DNA of 56,079 nt, the filler included, from Catajapyx aquilonaris (taxonomy: Eukaryota): NCBI GenBank assembly GCA_000934665.2. It is 4 parts of 4 records of this genome, joined end to end, with 100 filler letters (N's around TTAATTAATTAA, not from the genome) between each part and the next. Parts side by side here need not be neighbours in the genome. Positions count along the whole stretch, not along the records: positions 1 to 13,911 come from JYFJ02007948.1; 3 more parts are not named here. One strand, written 5' to 3'. The notes under the pieces are model-generated. The model saw nothing but the letters and a program-made list of their open reading frames with translations, was not told where the DNA came from and ran no database searches. Positions 1 through 14,011 of this stretch are shown piece after piece (the stretch's first letter is position 1; every line of letters starts with the position of its first letter). The position numbers were made by a program, and so were the translations under genes.

Positions 1-339
1 AAACCCCCCCCCCCCCCAATCATCTCTACCCTCCCCTTTTCCAGTGGACGTTTTATCGCCTAGGATGGCTGGGGGATTACTATCCTCTAGGCCCAGCACA
101 AATAATTCCATGGGGTCCTGCATGCTGCCTTTATCTCCCGAATTTATTCCAGGGATTCACTCCCTGCCCAGAAGTTTTTTTGGGTGGGGGTGTTTCGATA
201 TGATCAATACAATCCAGGGTCGGGTTTTGAATGGCATGGTTGCAACTGGGGAAACAAAGTGTTAAATAAATTTAGGTTATCAACACTGCTGCTATTTGTA
301 TAGGAGTGGTCAGTATACAGGTGATCAGATTTTAAAATT

Positions 340-394
340 TGTTTAAAACCAGACAGAGAGACAAACAAACTTTGCCTATTATATGTACTGTAGA
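340..394 (-). mobile_element. Helitron-like 5' end fragment
   Basis: Minus strand reads TCTACAGTACATATAATAGGCAAAGTTTGTTTGT, resembling the TC...TATAA...(TTTG)n 5' ends of insect non-autonomous Helitrons. A related copy is at 1140-1180. Confidence 0.4.
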
Positions 395-1139
395 TCATAT
401 TTATATTCCGATCCGTTCAAATGGTCTATTCGTACTCTAGCCTCAATATAATATGTTAATGGGTGACAACCAAAGGCGTTCATATACGTAGGAAACATTT
501 CGACAACATAATACTGATATGTGCAAAAGAAATGCCAATAAAATATCTGTTTATGTTGAGGTATGTTTGATGCCATTTTCCCATTGGGTGTACACAACTA
601 TATAGGAAAGTAAGCTCAGTATATATAGAGGTGAAATATTCATTTCCCCGAGGGTTTACCTCTCTCAACAGCTCTGTGGCCGCAGATTCACATAAAACTC
701 CGCCTAATTGAGCCCACAATATCGGTTGTTTAGCTCTTGACCAAAAAAAACAACAACAACCAAAACTCCAGGCACTAATTATCTTAAAAGCGGTGCTAAT
801 TAAATGGCAGGGACTAGACTGTACATTTTCCAATTAGAAGCCATGTAGACCAGGTTTTATTGGCAATTATGACAATGATGAGGACGCGCCAGGCGCTAAA
901 ATCAAGCCCGAAACACACAAGCCAATTCATAAGTTTTGTCAACACGTTTTACGTTCAGAAGTTTACGACCGGTATCTGGGCATGAGCCAAAAAGCAACAG
1001 GTTTTTTGAAAAAAAGTCAAAATTTCATTAAATTTAAATTTAGTTCCATTAAAAACGTAAATTCACGTTCTATATCAATAATGTTTGCGACGAATTTATG
1101 GCATGGTAACCGATTGCCATGGAAACATGTCAACCAAAC

Positions 1140-1180
1140 CTGGACAAACAAACAAACTTTGCCTTAATTATATTAATAGA
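1140..1180 (-). mobile_element. Helitron-like 5' end fragment, second copy
   Basis: Shares ACAAACAAACTTTGCCT..ATTATA...TAGA with 340-394. Confidence 0.4.
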
Positions 1181-4049
1181 CACGTCTTATCAGTTCGTAT
1201 TACATTTTAATGCATCAATTTAATCTATCATTCTTATTTTACATTCATTCATCCATTACATCACGGAATTGTCCCAAAAGTGGTGTAGCGCAATACATTT
1301 TTATTGATTTACCTAATGCAACTGATTGCTGCAAGAAAATTATTTTATTCCCTTTGCTTGATTTTAAAAATCACCATACAATTTTTAACCTAATTTCTAC
1401 TTTTTAATACTCATTTAACTATTTCAAAATTTTAACTTTGTTTTAAAATCTAGATTAAGTAAAATCGCCTCCTTAAACAACCCCCGAGCTTCGAACCTGA
1501 ACCCTTTGCCTAATTGCCCTGCTTTAGTCCCTTAATTGTCAATTTTCAACGCGAACAAGCTTGATGAGATCATCAGCTTCTAAGAATCTTTTATAAGGGA
1601 TTTTACGAGGCTAGAGCGAATTACATAAAGTCACTCCCCCTCCCCCCCCCCNCCCCTTCTTTAGTTTTCCTGCTGCAACGTGATGTATACTTGAAAATGG
1701 CGTCCTGTTTCATTAAGACTTTACCCCCCTTTCGATCCACCTCCGATATTTGTTTACGGTAGTTGACGACACTGACTTAAAAGGGAAGTGACTAATCGCG
1801 TTTTGCTAAAGACCCTCCCATTTGCGTGTAAATTTGATGACATTAAAGTCAGAACCGGAAGCTATTTAGTGGGGATATACATGGTGCTTAACGTATATAC
1901 CTATACCGGGTTTCCCATAACTAAATTAGTCGCCATATCATATTAAGTCATGATTTTTATTAATATTACAAATTAATTTAATTTGTAATATTATAACATT
2001 TTTATTTATTGTTCCATGACTGTTCACTGATTAAAAATATCCTTTGTAGAGACGACAATATATTATGAAACAATGTGTTACATTCCGTTGCTAACTCTTC
2101 GCACATTCTTCGCATCGCAAAAAAAAAGTTTTTTGAAACCCCTCGAACTCTGCGCCAAAGTATGTCGAAATAACTTGCATTACAGCTTGTACTTTAATCT
2201 CCTGCAGTAAAAAAGGCTCAATGTTTCCATGCAGAAAGTCGTAAAAACCGTCGTTTTAACTCGAAACTTGCGACACTGCTCACAACGTTCCATGGTTGAA
2301 ATATTGAAAGAAATTTCTATTCGTGCTGTACGTGCTGCTGCGTTGCTTTTCAACAACAATACGCGACGAATTTGCCTGCTTTTTGTTACATTTTTTTTGA
2401 AACGGGTGGGGGCTATCTTCTCGAGCGATACACATTTTTTTAAAAACGAATCGAACTGGGAAATGGACATGTCACATCCAGAATAAAATTCGATTTATCA
2501 GCAAGCAAGATTTTGCGTATATGCTTTGGAATGGGGGAAAAAAATCCCGATACAAACCTGCTTTTCCGTCCATTTCACCTGGAAAATATTCGAGCATCAC
2601 ATCATCACTTATGCTCTGTGTGGACCGGGGGGGGGGGGGGGGGAACATGAATATTTTAAAAGCTGTGAAAAATGAGCAGCCTTTTCTGGAAGGTTTGCAT
2701 CTGCGTCTGACAAGCCTAAGGTGATGCGAATTCTGTACAGTTCTGTAGTGTAGTGTAGTGTAGTGTACTGTACGTATGTATGTATGACGCCCAAAATACA
2801 TTATAAAATAATAAAATTGCAAAAAAAACATAATCAATAGCAAATATACAGCCAACATTGTCATAAATTATCATGCCACACTACTATGGCAGACATATCA
2901 ATAAATCAGAAATTAATTTTAATATCAGAAATATACGTCACACATTTATGACACATTTTAATAATTCTTTCAAGTAAACACTTTAGTACTGTATAAGATA
3001 AATCTCAATATTCAACAGTCCCAAAGCAATAATTGCGACTTTTTAAGTATTTCAGACCTTCATTTGCATCTGCCTTAAAACGAGTGTTCTTGTCTTTTAA
3101 TCTCGCTTCTCGCTGCAATTTCGACCCATGTTCCGTTAATATATTTTGAAGCAAGTGGTGTTGACATAATCCTGCAGGGAAGGCCGGGGTTGTTGGGGAG
3201 GTATATCCCAAGGGAGAAATTCCCCAACGTCCTCTCTCTCTCTCTCTCTACTTTTATTTTTTTCATTTTCTCCTTGAAGAATCTGCCTGTCGTTCGGAGT
3301 TAATGCAGCGTAGAGGAACCATTAATTGCAGAGGAAGGCCAAGTGACGGGTTGTTTTATCACCTCCTAGATTAGATATATGCGGCCTGAAGACACCAAAC
3401 AACATCAAGGGGTCGTGCCGAAGCTTCCAATTATGTCTCACTAAAAATTAGCAAAAAAAAAAAGTTAATTTCAATTTTGCATAATTTTCTTACGCCATTT
3501 CTCGCCTTTTCATTACTGAACTTTCTCAATGTGCTCAATGTGCAGTACAAACACTGTGTGTGTGTGTACTCAGCTTGCAATCATGAGCAAGTATCTTTAC
3601 CTTTGACCTCCAAAAATGGGGTGTCCTAATGAGCGTCACGTGGACTTCGGATCAAACACGAAATTCACACCTCTCCTGTATGCATCGATTCCAGCCACTT
3701 TCGCACTTTCCTAACGAATTGATTGGACACGGAGAGGGAGGGGTAAAAGCTGCAGCTAGAGAGACCTGTAGATTCAAACTGTTGGACGTCCTTCCCCACC
3801 CACTAACTTGTGGAGCCAGCAAATTGACAAAACACTCGGTGGATAAGTCGTCCGTTACAAGTGACCCCAAAACACTCCAGGCAGACGAGTACCACTCAGG
3901 ACACAGTCGAACAAAAACCGGGTTTAAAATGGTGGAAATGTGTCACATAGTTGGCGGATTATGCGGACAAACAGAGGCCAAAATCAGTATGACAGTGGCA
4001 ATCAAACAACTGCCCGCCGATTTACCACGAAGTACTTTTCTTCGCGCAT

Positions 4050-4155
4050 AGATGGCGCGCCCTCCCTATTAACACCGTGCACACTCCTGCCACACTCAGG
4101 CCTAGCGGGAGATAGCGATACTATCAGGGTGGACAAACATCCGACGGAGAGAATA
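4050..4155. repeat. Dispersed repeat terminus, paralog of 9680-9768
   Basis: AGATGGC...GCACACTCCTGCCA...GATACTATCA..GGACAAACATYCGACGGAGAGAATA is shared by both sites and ends at TA; probably a DNA transposon end. Confidence 0.6.
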
Positions 4156-6700
4156 TAAGCATATTAGAATATTCCACTGATATATGTGGAAACTTACGCA
4201 ATTATTTACAACCTGCTGGATGTTGCTTTCGAAAAAGACACACTTATAAACATATGACTTCACAGCATATTTCTAACTCAGCCCCAGGCCATGTTCGCAC
4301 ACGGTTTTCACTAGGTCTAGGTCGCAGCAGCTCACCGTTACACACAGAGAAAAAAAACCCTAGAGGGGAACAAAATGGGGTTAGGCTCAAAACCAGGCCT
4401 GATTTTCAGAGCTCTCTCTCTTACTTCGGAAAACTTGTCGCCAACTCTGAACATAACTGAATTATTCCTGGTCCTCTGGGTTTTTGGGGGATCGGAACGA
4501 ACTGTGTCAGCGGTACCGGTGAAATTTCTACCCGACTTCCATTCAGAATCCTGACCTGATTTGTTGTAGATTTTTTTCAAGTGTGTGTGTACAGCCTGAA
4601 GCCAAGTCGTGGTACTGCTCAAACCAACTAAACATGCAAATGAAGGTTGTACAGAGGACGAACTATTTGTACTTTCTTTTTATTCTGTCTCTAACAATCT
4701 GGCCTAAACCGAGTCTAGTTTACACCAAATTGTATGTGACTGATTATATGAGGCCAATATCATCGAGCAACAATTATTGGCCCGAATTTCATTTTCGGAT
4801 AGTATTTTATTTTATTCGCACTTGATAAAAAATTGCTAATTAAAGCGGCGAGTGTTATGGATTGGCACATAAATGTCGCCCAAGGCAAATATTTCCCCTT
4901 CCATCCCAATCGGTTTTGATGTCCTCTAATTGCAGTGTTACACATCTCTGTTGAAGTATACAGCTCCATTAAAAAAATTACATCCCTTGCGTATACGTAC
5001 AGTACTATACGTGATTTGGTCTACTCCTATTTATAGCACTATCGAGCATGAAAATTCAATTGAATTGAAGCACTGCTCGATTGCTGTGTATTTAATTATG
5101 TTTAACTATGTCCACAATTGCATTTAGAAGAGAGGACCATTGTTATATTTATTTTTAATGTATTATAATGTAAGGCTATTACGTGCAAGTGAGATTAGAT
5201 AATTTTAAACAGATATAGTTTCAGTAATTATTGTACGTGTTTCTAGCCGATAGGTCACCTTTTTATTGTGAAGAAAAGGTGTGTATATACAGTATTGTAA
5301 TGTACCGGTACTGTATAGCAACATTCAAGTGCAGAGCAGCAAGGTTATATGCTGGTATTGAAGACTACAAAGCACTACTTAATAGCGTTATTCATCACGG
5401 TTTGATTGCCTGAGAAAATATTTGGAGAGTCCCTCACCTCGTCTAATATAATTGCTTACATTGTAAGCCTCGATAATTGCCGACATGAAACTACTAACCG
5501 CACACAAAGATGTTAACACAAAGAATATGTGTGTAATATTGATCCTCCCGTTTCTGCTACGTCGCATCAAATTAAGTACGGTTCTAAAGATATATAAATA
5601 AAAAAGTTCCTGTTGGATTGCTAATTACACTGGGGAATAGAACCTTCCCCAAAAGTTCAGGCACGAAAACTTTCCGCCTTAGTTTTCCTCAGCTGAATAG
5701 AAAGAGAAGGGGTGTGAAAAGCAGGGCTGGAGAAGCTCTTTCCCTTATATATTTTTTTTTCTTGCTTTAAAGAGAGAAAAAAAAGAAGAATAATGTAAGA
5801 GTATGAGGAAGCGAAACCTGTCAGAGGTCCCGTCATGACTAATAATCTAGCGTAATCTCGCACCGTGAGTATAATTATATTCTTGGAAAGGGGCGCTGCC
5901 ATTTTTTCCATTGATTCCATCATGGAGGAATATAGCTAGAAGAAGAAAGGTGGAGGAGGGTTGGGCATGAGAGGAAATTGACGTCACTTCCACCGGAAAT
6001 AAACCCGCCCCCACCTTTTTGAACCAAACTCTATTTTTTTTTTCGTCAACTTTTCCGTCTCCAGTGTGGCACAAAACATTTCATTTACCTCGTTCCCAGC
6101 AGAAATGAAGCGCCGTGTTTATGCAGATGTTGCCATCCCCCCACAAAAAACGAGGACGTTGTCGCCTTTAAAACAAAAACAAAAATTGCGAACGCAAGGG
6201 ACGAAAAATATTTGTGCGAAATTTCAACGTGTCAGCAGGTACGTCAGAATTAATGGCGGGCAAATTCGCATTTGTTGGACTCAGAAAATTAATTGTCAAA
6301 ATAATAATTTTGTTTTTGTATAATAATTACGTACTGTACAAAATTAATGTGAGTATTATTGTTGATTTTTCTACGTAATTTTGCCATATAATTTCTAATT
6401 AGCTCGTACTGTACATAATTTGATAAAGGCTACTTCAATACGGTACTCTTTTACCGTGTGTTCTGATTTGTTGGCAGACAATTAATTGTCATAGGCATTA
6501 TTTTGCTAGGTGAAATATCTATTCCACAAAGTTATTGTGAAAATGAATATTATCATTAATATTTATGCCACGTATGTAATTATATCAGTATAATTTATAA
6601 TTATTACAATATTCATAATTTGGCATGTTTGAATGTTTAGGCTGTAGATTGTTTGTTTGTTTATATTTATCACAGTTACTTGTTTATTTATTGCATAAAA

Positions 6701-6806
6701 TATTTTCCGAGAGATATTACCGTACATTTGAACTTATAATTCGCCATATTTGTTGTTGTATTTTCCGAGAGATATTACCGTACATTTGAACTTATAATTC
6801 GCCATA
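6701..6806. repeat. 48-bp direct duplication
   Basis: TATTTTCCGAGAGATATTACCGTACATTTGAACTTATAATTCGCCATA at 6701 and 6759. Confidence 0.9.
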
Positions 6807-7150
6807 TACGAAGCCCTTTAAAAGGCACTCAGGCCAAAATGGATACACTGTAGCACACCGCATTACATTACATACACCCCCCCCTCTCTCTCTCCCCTGA
6901 AGCTTCATATCGAACAGCACATACTGTACACGTACACCACGGAACTCTCATTGAATTTCTGTCCCCCGAACCGCATGTATAAATTCCCACCTTCCCCCAG
7001 CAGAGTTTCAAAAGGAGAGAGACCTAAAAAATCAACTAACTGTTTCCCCCCATTGAATAATTCATGCAGGTTTCCATTAATGATGCGCTCACACGAGCCA
7101 TTCTGAGACACTTGCATGCACACACATTCATTTTCTGGTTTGGTTCTGGG

Positions 7151-7188
7151 TCATAAGGTCACACACTCCCCAGGTTTCTTGCCAGGTC
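7151..7188 (-). CDS. Candidate terminal exon of an unknown gene, ending in a CaaX motif (GPGKKPGECVTL*)
   Basis: ttcttag acceptor; phase 1 matches the upstream exon; ends Cys-Val-Thr-Leu-TGA. Confidence 0.45.
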
Positions 7189-7312
7189 CTAAGAACGCAT
7201 TGTTGTGTTATGTTGAAAGATGCTGACAATATTATTTTTATATGACATTGAAAATCGAGCACAACTTGACGCATTTTTCAACGTATCACAACACACATTG
7301 TGTGACCCATAC

Positions 7313-7535
7313 CTGGCGAGCTGCACGAGGGCGCCGGACTTCCAGGCGTCGAGGGCATCTCAGGGGACGCCATGGACGACGGCGTCTCCTCCAACGGGAG
7401 GTCAAGGTTCAAGCTGAGTCCACCCAGCATGCTCTCAGCCGTGGAGAAATCGCAGTAAGATATTTGCCTAAGAAGAAAGGCGCGTCTCCACGGATGCGGA
7501 GACGCTCCGCCTTCCGAGCTCGAATCGCTACCACG
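7313..7535 (-). CDS. Candidate internal exon, Ser/Pro-rich (RGSDSSSEGG...PSTPGSPAPSCSSP)
   Basis: GC-rich open frame within AT-rich flanks; cag acceptor with a weak pyrimidine tract; CAG/gtatgg donor. Confidence 0.45.
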
Positions 7536-9679
7536 CTGCATTGTTGTTATTATTATGTATATATATATTTTTTACCCCATACCCACAACAACACTGGTCA
7601 CAAAATACACACAGGGGTACAACCGAGGCTGTTCACTGCCTACCCTGGACTATGCAACTGAGCTCTCTTCTGCAGCGTCCGATGCCGCAGCATGGCGCGA
7701 CTGTGGCGCCAAAACCCACCCCTCTCCGGATATACCCCCTCCTCCCCCAACCCTCTGTATAGCCTAAAACCAGGTCCCAATATTCGCCGTCATTCACCCC
7801 TAGTGTCCGGTTGTGTTATTTACCTTGGATTTGGGGGCTCGTATCGACGGTGACGCCATGCCCCCCCCTTTTTTTTAAACGTCCTCTGTAGAAATCAATT
7901 TGTATTGTAATTTGTCATAACGGAAGAGGACACCTCTCTCAGACAGTGTACTCTCGAATACAGGGGAGGGAATGTCGTTTGATGTCGGACAATGTCGAAA
8001 CTTTTTATATATATAGCTGGGGATAATCGATAAGTTATAACATTGGAGCACAGTACTGATTTTTTAAAGACTCTGCAAAAGTGTGTGTCGTTGAAATTGT
8101 GGCAGGAACATTGTTAAAAATAATTGTCGTTTGTACATTTTCATATTTTTACACTTTTACATTTATTTTATTATTTATTTTATTAATAAATTGATTATAT
8201 TAATAATTATTACAGTTGAATAAGGATTTAACAGACTTCAAGGGATCGCCGGGAAAAAGTATGTTATAGCCAAATCAATCACTTTTGTGATGAATACACT
8301 ACAAGTTTTCTGCTTTCCATACTCATACTTGTGTAATGCACACCACTACAGTATGCTACATACTGATTAATGAAATCCATCAAAAATGCAATATTAGCTC
8401 ACCCCAAAAAAACGAAATTGTCTTATGCCGTCTCTTTTTTGCCACTTATAGTGTATAATAACCAGAAAAAGTGTACTTTCCCATCGAGGGGCCAGGAAAT
8501 GGTCTCTTATACCCGAGGTGAGGTAAAAATGAGTCTGTTATGTCAGTAGTAAAAATACAGAGGGCCTTAAGGAAGTATGGCGGGACCTACCTTTTGAATC
8601 TGTTATAACTTAAAGTCCGCTATAACCGAGGCTGTTATATCCGTATTTACGTGTAATATTTTATTATTTTACTAATATTTGATTTATTTCACATTTTACA
8701 TCTTAACCATTTTCTAATGATCATATTTATCATTTGGATGATTAAATTATTGGATTCGAGTGACATACTTTCAAGTAATATCTGAGGTGAAAAATATCAT
8801 CTAAAAATAGGCCATCTTTCTGGATCACCTCTGATTCTTCGCTTTCATTTCCACCTGACTATATTTTCCGAATCAAAATCCAATAGCATAAGACCATCAT
8901 CAATGCACCAGCATCAGCACCGATTTCCCCCCCCCCTCCCCTTCTTTAGGGAATCCCTCATCCGTCATCAAATAAATGTCAAATATTGGAGCTTCGGCCT
9001 TTTTCCACCTCCCCTTCAGCACACACATCAAAAGCATCATCAGAGAGAGTCCGATGGGTCAAAGGGTGACCTTGTGTTGTTGGTGTGGGATGCTGGCCAC
9101 AAACAACATTAAATCAGTGCTTCAAGTCCAGTGATCCAACACCTAATATAATTAACCGCGAAGGATCAAACATTACACCCTGATAATAATACCCAGTTGT
9201 TGTTTTTTTTCCCCCTTCTCTATTTTTTTTAAATAAAAACTCTCGAACCACAAAAAGTGCGGTAATCGAAGTGCAATGTACACAAAACCTCGGTTTCAAG
9301 TTTTCAAGAGAGATACGTCACTACATATCGGCCTGAAAACTCATCGATATTGGCAGCACCAGGCGAATCCATTGCTGTTCTACAATACACAAACATAGTT
9401 GATAACCTTGCTGGGGCTGTAATCGTCCATCCCTGACAAATCGATTAGCTCAGATAGGTGCACAAGTGGTTAAGCTATACGCCAATAGTAGTCTGGAGAC
9501 TTAGAATCAACACTGACTTTGCAACGATTATGATCAGCTAAAGGGTTCTAACGGGGGAAAAACCGACGAAGCAATTATATTTGTCCGTCGCTGTTACGAA
9601 TATAGCTATGGGCTATAGTATTATCAAAATTGGGCAAAGTCTATGACATATTTACCATGTAGTATTATTCTTCAAGCGT

Positions 9680-9768
9680 AGATGGCACACACTTCCTCTG
9701 CACACTCCTGCCATCCTCTGGCCGTGCGAGATACTATCAAGTCGGACAAACATTCGACGGAGAGAATA
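9680..9768. repeat. Dispersed repeat terminus, paralog of 4050-4155
   Basis: Direct sequence similarity, ending GACGGAGAGAATA. Confidence 0.6.
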
Positions 9769-11014
9769 GGTCTATTAGCCTATATTAGGAGAGTATAGAC
9801 CCAGATTGATCCTGCTAATGAGGACACATCCTGTACAGTATATATTTTTTAACATTCCGGGCATCATTGTTGCGGTGGGAAAGGATGACAAATACTGAGG
9901 GGTAAGGTCTAATGGATGGAGCGCTTAATGGAGATTTTGGATTTTGCAGCATCAGGGAGGATTTCATTCCATTATAAATCGATTCCAGGGCCCTTTTCTC
10001 TTCAGGGGGAGGTTTCGCTTCTTCGCTTCAGGACCACGAATGATGCCCCAAATTTTTTGGGGGGAAATAAAAAAATGCCATAGGAGTAATTATCCAATCG
10101 AGTTATTTGAAACGTATTGATTGCAATTTTTTTTTATAAATGCCAAATTGATGGGTCGGAATTAAAATCTGGCTTCGCTCACTCCGGGGGGTTTTTTTGG
10201 GGAGGGGAAAATTGAACGCCATTTGCAACCCCGGAGTTCTGCTGGATTTAATTTCATCCCGGGAAACTGCAGTTAACTCATTTTGGCAGGAAATGCCAGA
10301 CGTGACGTTATTTGCGCCGAGCCGAATGTTAAAACTGCTGGGGATTCGCAAATTCCCTCGATATTTGTATTCAGATGACTTCAGCCTAACTTGTCTACCG
10401 AAGCAATTTTGGTTCATGCTGGTAACAGAAAATGAGCGAATGAAAAATATTATGATAGAAAGATTAGTAACAAGTGCTCTTCTCTTCTGCTGCTATAAAC
10501 ATAAAGGATTGTATATAGGTCGGATGGGTTTTGCTAATGAAGACGGTTGCAAGAGATCCTCCAGTGCGGGCCTAATGAAGCATCAGACTTCTGCATCCGC
10601 AATGGCTCCGGATTAGCTCCGGACTTTCCAGCCTTTCAAAGGCCTATCTGACGGGTCGCAAAATGGTTTGGATTGCAGTCGCGAGCGAGGCAGCAGCAGC
10701 AGGATGACGTTGATTGTTCCCCCAGTTTGCTTTAATGAGACAACTCAAAGTGTTGGCAAAACCTGCTGCTGGCTGGCTGGCTGGCTGCTGGGATGGCTTT
10801 AGCCCTCAATAGCAGAAGCAAGGACAGACTTAATTAAACGGGTGTACATTTTTCCCCTGCAATTTTTGTCTGGAATCCTGCAATTATTGAGACGACTACT
10901 GAAAAGGTCAGGGTGTACCCGCGAGGCAATTGGAGTGATCATGAGCGAATCAACTCTTCGTCATCATTATCACGGTTTTCTTCTCTATATATGGCTAAAC
11001 AATGCTTAACGAAC

Positions 11015-11160
11015 CTGTAATTAAACAAATAGCTATACAAACTGTAATTAAACAATAGCTTCAAACTGTAATTAAACAAATAGCTACAAACTGTAATATT
11101 AAACAATAGTTTCAAACTGTAATGAAACAAATAGCTACAAACTGTAATTAAACAAATAAC
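11015..11160. repeat. Minisatellite, ~25-bp unit, about 6 copies
   Basis: Tandem CTGTAATTAAACAAATAGCTACAAA-like units. Confidence 0.9.
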
Positions 11161-12662
11161 TCAAAAAATGTTATCATGTGAAATCCTGTTAATAAAAACT
11201 ACCCGAAATAATGTACTTAGTGTGTTAAACAACAAATAATAAAAACAGAAAAATTATAATAATAGAATATAATAATTAACAAATAAAATAATGTAATATA
11301 TTCATATGTGACCAATGAGGTAGGAATCGGCGATGGTGCACAGAGAGAGTCACTTTGAAATTTCAGCACGATGTAGTCACTATATAAGTCAAATTCTGCA
11401 TATTCTCTATTAGAATTCTGGGCACCATGGGTTTCCTTTACTTCATTCCTGATGCCCTCTAGGCCAAGTCTAGCCCTCAGGTCCTGAACCAATCAGACAA
11501 ATGGACGCGTCCGAGATGCAAATGATGGGGCTTCCCAAACGCGCACACAGGTGCACAGTCCACATCATATACGTATAGGGATTTTAAAAAAAGTACGTTG
11601 AGAGAAACGGTCAAACGGTAGTCCGTTCCACAGTACTGGTTCACAATAACTGCTCCATGAAGTGCCGGGGGTAATTGCCTATTCAGGTTTAATCGACGTG
11701 GATATAAAAAAATATCAAGGAGGGGAGGTGCTGCTGGGGAAAAAGAAGAAGAAGAAAAAAGCGGAGTGGAGATGAATGGTCCATGGGAAGATAATGGGGT
11801 CTACGCAAAGTCATTTTCCTTTTTTTCTTGTATCGCTAAAGCCATTTTAAAAGTTTGATACACTTTGTACGTGACATAATGAAAAAAGTTTTGAGAGCAG
11901 CAACGAGCCAAGGCAGCAGCTTTAATATGGCATCTCTATTTTAGCCCCAATTGCCATTAAAGGCAACACACGCACAGAGAATTATTTACGAGACTAGTTT
12001 CTGGTACACATCTGAAAGGCAGATATTCAATTACAAGCCTTGCAAGTACACATGCTCGCTTCCTTTGTGATGTAAATGCAATAATGCATCAGCATCAGGG
12101 GCAAATGGCAGGGGGTTGTGAAAATACTTCCCAAGATTTCCATCTCGTTCATATAAGAAGCCAGGCCAACACGTATTTTCTTCATGTAATTGAATTCTGA
12201 AAGGGCAGCCGCATCCTGCTTCTTTCTTTCTTTCTTTCTTTTTGAGCACCGTCTTGCTATATACCTACTAATAGCATTGAACTGCAAGTTTCCGTTGAAA
12301 GAATGCAAAAGCAGCTCGAGGGAAATCAATAGAATCGAGCCACGTCCTTTTCTCTCTTTTTTTTGCAGGTTGGTTATTAATGTTTCATTGGAGGATTCCT
12401 CCGGACGTATCTTCTCTTAGCTTTTTTTTTTCTCTTTCGGTCCTCCCCCCCAGAGAGGCATTTCTTATTCAATAATTCCGCTCCAGTTCGTTTAAAATTC
12501 GACAACAATCAGGTGGTTAAAATCGCGGTCTGGGGTCGCTCCGGGGGGGTCTTAAAGCTTCCGGTTGACAATAATCGTCGGGGCTATAAGGTGGCTTCGT
12601 GATTAAATTTTTTAAAATGAAACGAAATTTGGAGATCATCTAATCATTTGAAATATGAAATC

Positions 12663-12705
<43 letters not shown>

Positions 12706-13297
12706 GCCCTGCTTTTTAAGTGATATCTTAATTAAAGAGCAGGTAAGAGCTGAAATAACTACTAGTGCTTTGTCTCACTTGGCTGGGCACACCCTGTGTA
12801 CATTGTTCAAACCCACCATCGCAGTGCACGTATCTAAACTTTGACCCATCAGTATTGGACTTATCCCCAATTTACGTCCCTACCCCCCCCCCTCCCCAGT
12901 CATGCTCGTAACCGCGGGTCTAAATCATGATTTGTCCTCCTAACACGTAGCCTACTGCGCATTGCTCCATCCCAGGCATAAAATATCGGAGACTTCAACC
13001 CAGAAAATAGCTGTTCGCATTACCATTTGGGACACGGGCGCGGGCTGGCCCTCACCCGTTTGGCCCCCACGGGTCCTGTCAGAAGGAAAAGGAGGACGTG
13101 GGTATAGGGTGCTATACAATGTAAGTGCAAGAGATGGATTGGAGGACAGAACTCCAGAAAATTCCTTGGCCTGAATTACCGGCATTATAGTCCACGGGGC
13201 TAGCTCGAGACTAGACCGGTTTAGAGTGAAACTCCCTCCAACCACCCTACTCTATATACCATGGCACCGGATCTCCATGGCCAACTCATTTCCAGGA

Positions 13298-13640
13298 CAG
13301 GGAGCATAATATAAGAGGCGCAAACTTCTGTCGGCGCCTTTGATGTTCGCGTCTCTCTGTTTGGGGCCGTTGCCAAGGCTGACGGCCATTTTGAAGTGTG
13401 GGGAACGCCAACGAGGTATAAATCTGGTACAGGCAAAAATATGGTCCGCCATCTTTGATGGTTTGGGCGGCCATGGTAACTACATGGCAAGAACACGCGC
13501 GAATCAAAGATGGCGGACCCTATTTTTGCCTGTACCCTATTTATACCTCGTTGGCGTTCCCCACACTTCAAAATGGCCGCCAGCCTTGGCAACGCCCCAA
13601 ACAGAGAGACGCGGAAATCTTATGTAGTATATGCTCCCTG
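13298..13640. mobile_element. Foldback MITE, P-element-like
   Basis: Termini CAGGGAGCATA...TATGCTCCCTG, arms of ~150 bp, 7-bp TSD TCCAGGA on both sides. Confidence 0.8.
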
Positions 13641-13911
13641 TCCAGGATTGCAATGATAACAAATGATGTGTCCGTGCCATAGTAACGTCAGCCAATACCA
13701 TGGCAACAATGACATTCAACAATATCGATGGTGCCATGGTAACAGGCCGTGCAAAAAACCGGTTTCATGCTAATGTATATTTATCATAATTATATAGTTC
13801 TCCGGCCATCAGAAATGGAAACCTCCGCAGTAGCGAAGCCGGAACATTACTCATTGTCGAGAGAATGACCCGGGACAAGAGGCATAAAGAGAGTGGGGGA
13901 TTGAGTTGCAA

Positions 13912-14011
13912 NNNNNNNNNNNNNNNNNNNNNNNNNNNNNNNNNNNNNNNNNNNNTTAATTAATTAANNNNNNNNNNNNNNNNNNNNNNNNNNNNNNNNN
14001 NNNNNNNNNNN
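13912..14011. other. Artificial assembly linker
   Basis: N44-TTAATTAATTAA-N44, which has stops in all six frames. Confidence 0.97.

Noticed and set aside
1906..2640. Possible very old Tc1/mariner remnant (TACCGGGTTTCCC end, FPGE-like fragment)
   Set aside because: No second TIR was found and the protein similarity is too weak to support a call.
5880..6015. Cluster of YY1-, CRE-, ETS- and GC-box-like motifs suggesting a promoter
   Set aside because: Short motifs only, with no linked exon or transcript evidence.
11015..11160. Regularly spaced ~25-bp repeats, superficially CRISPR-like
   Set aside because: Units are directly tandem with no unique spacers; the context is eukaryotic and has no cas genes.
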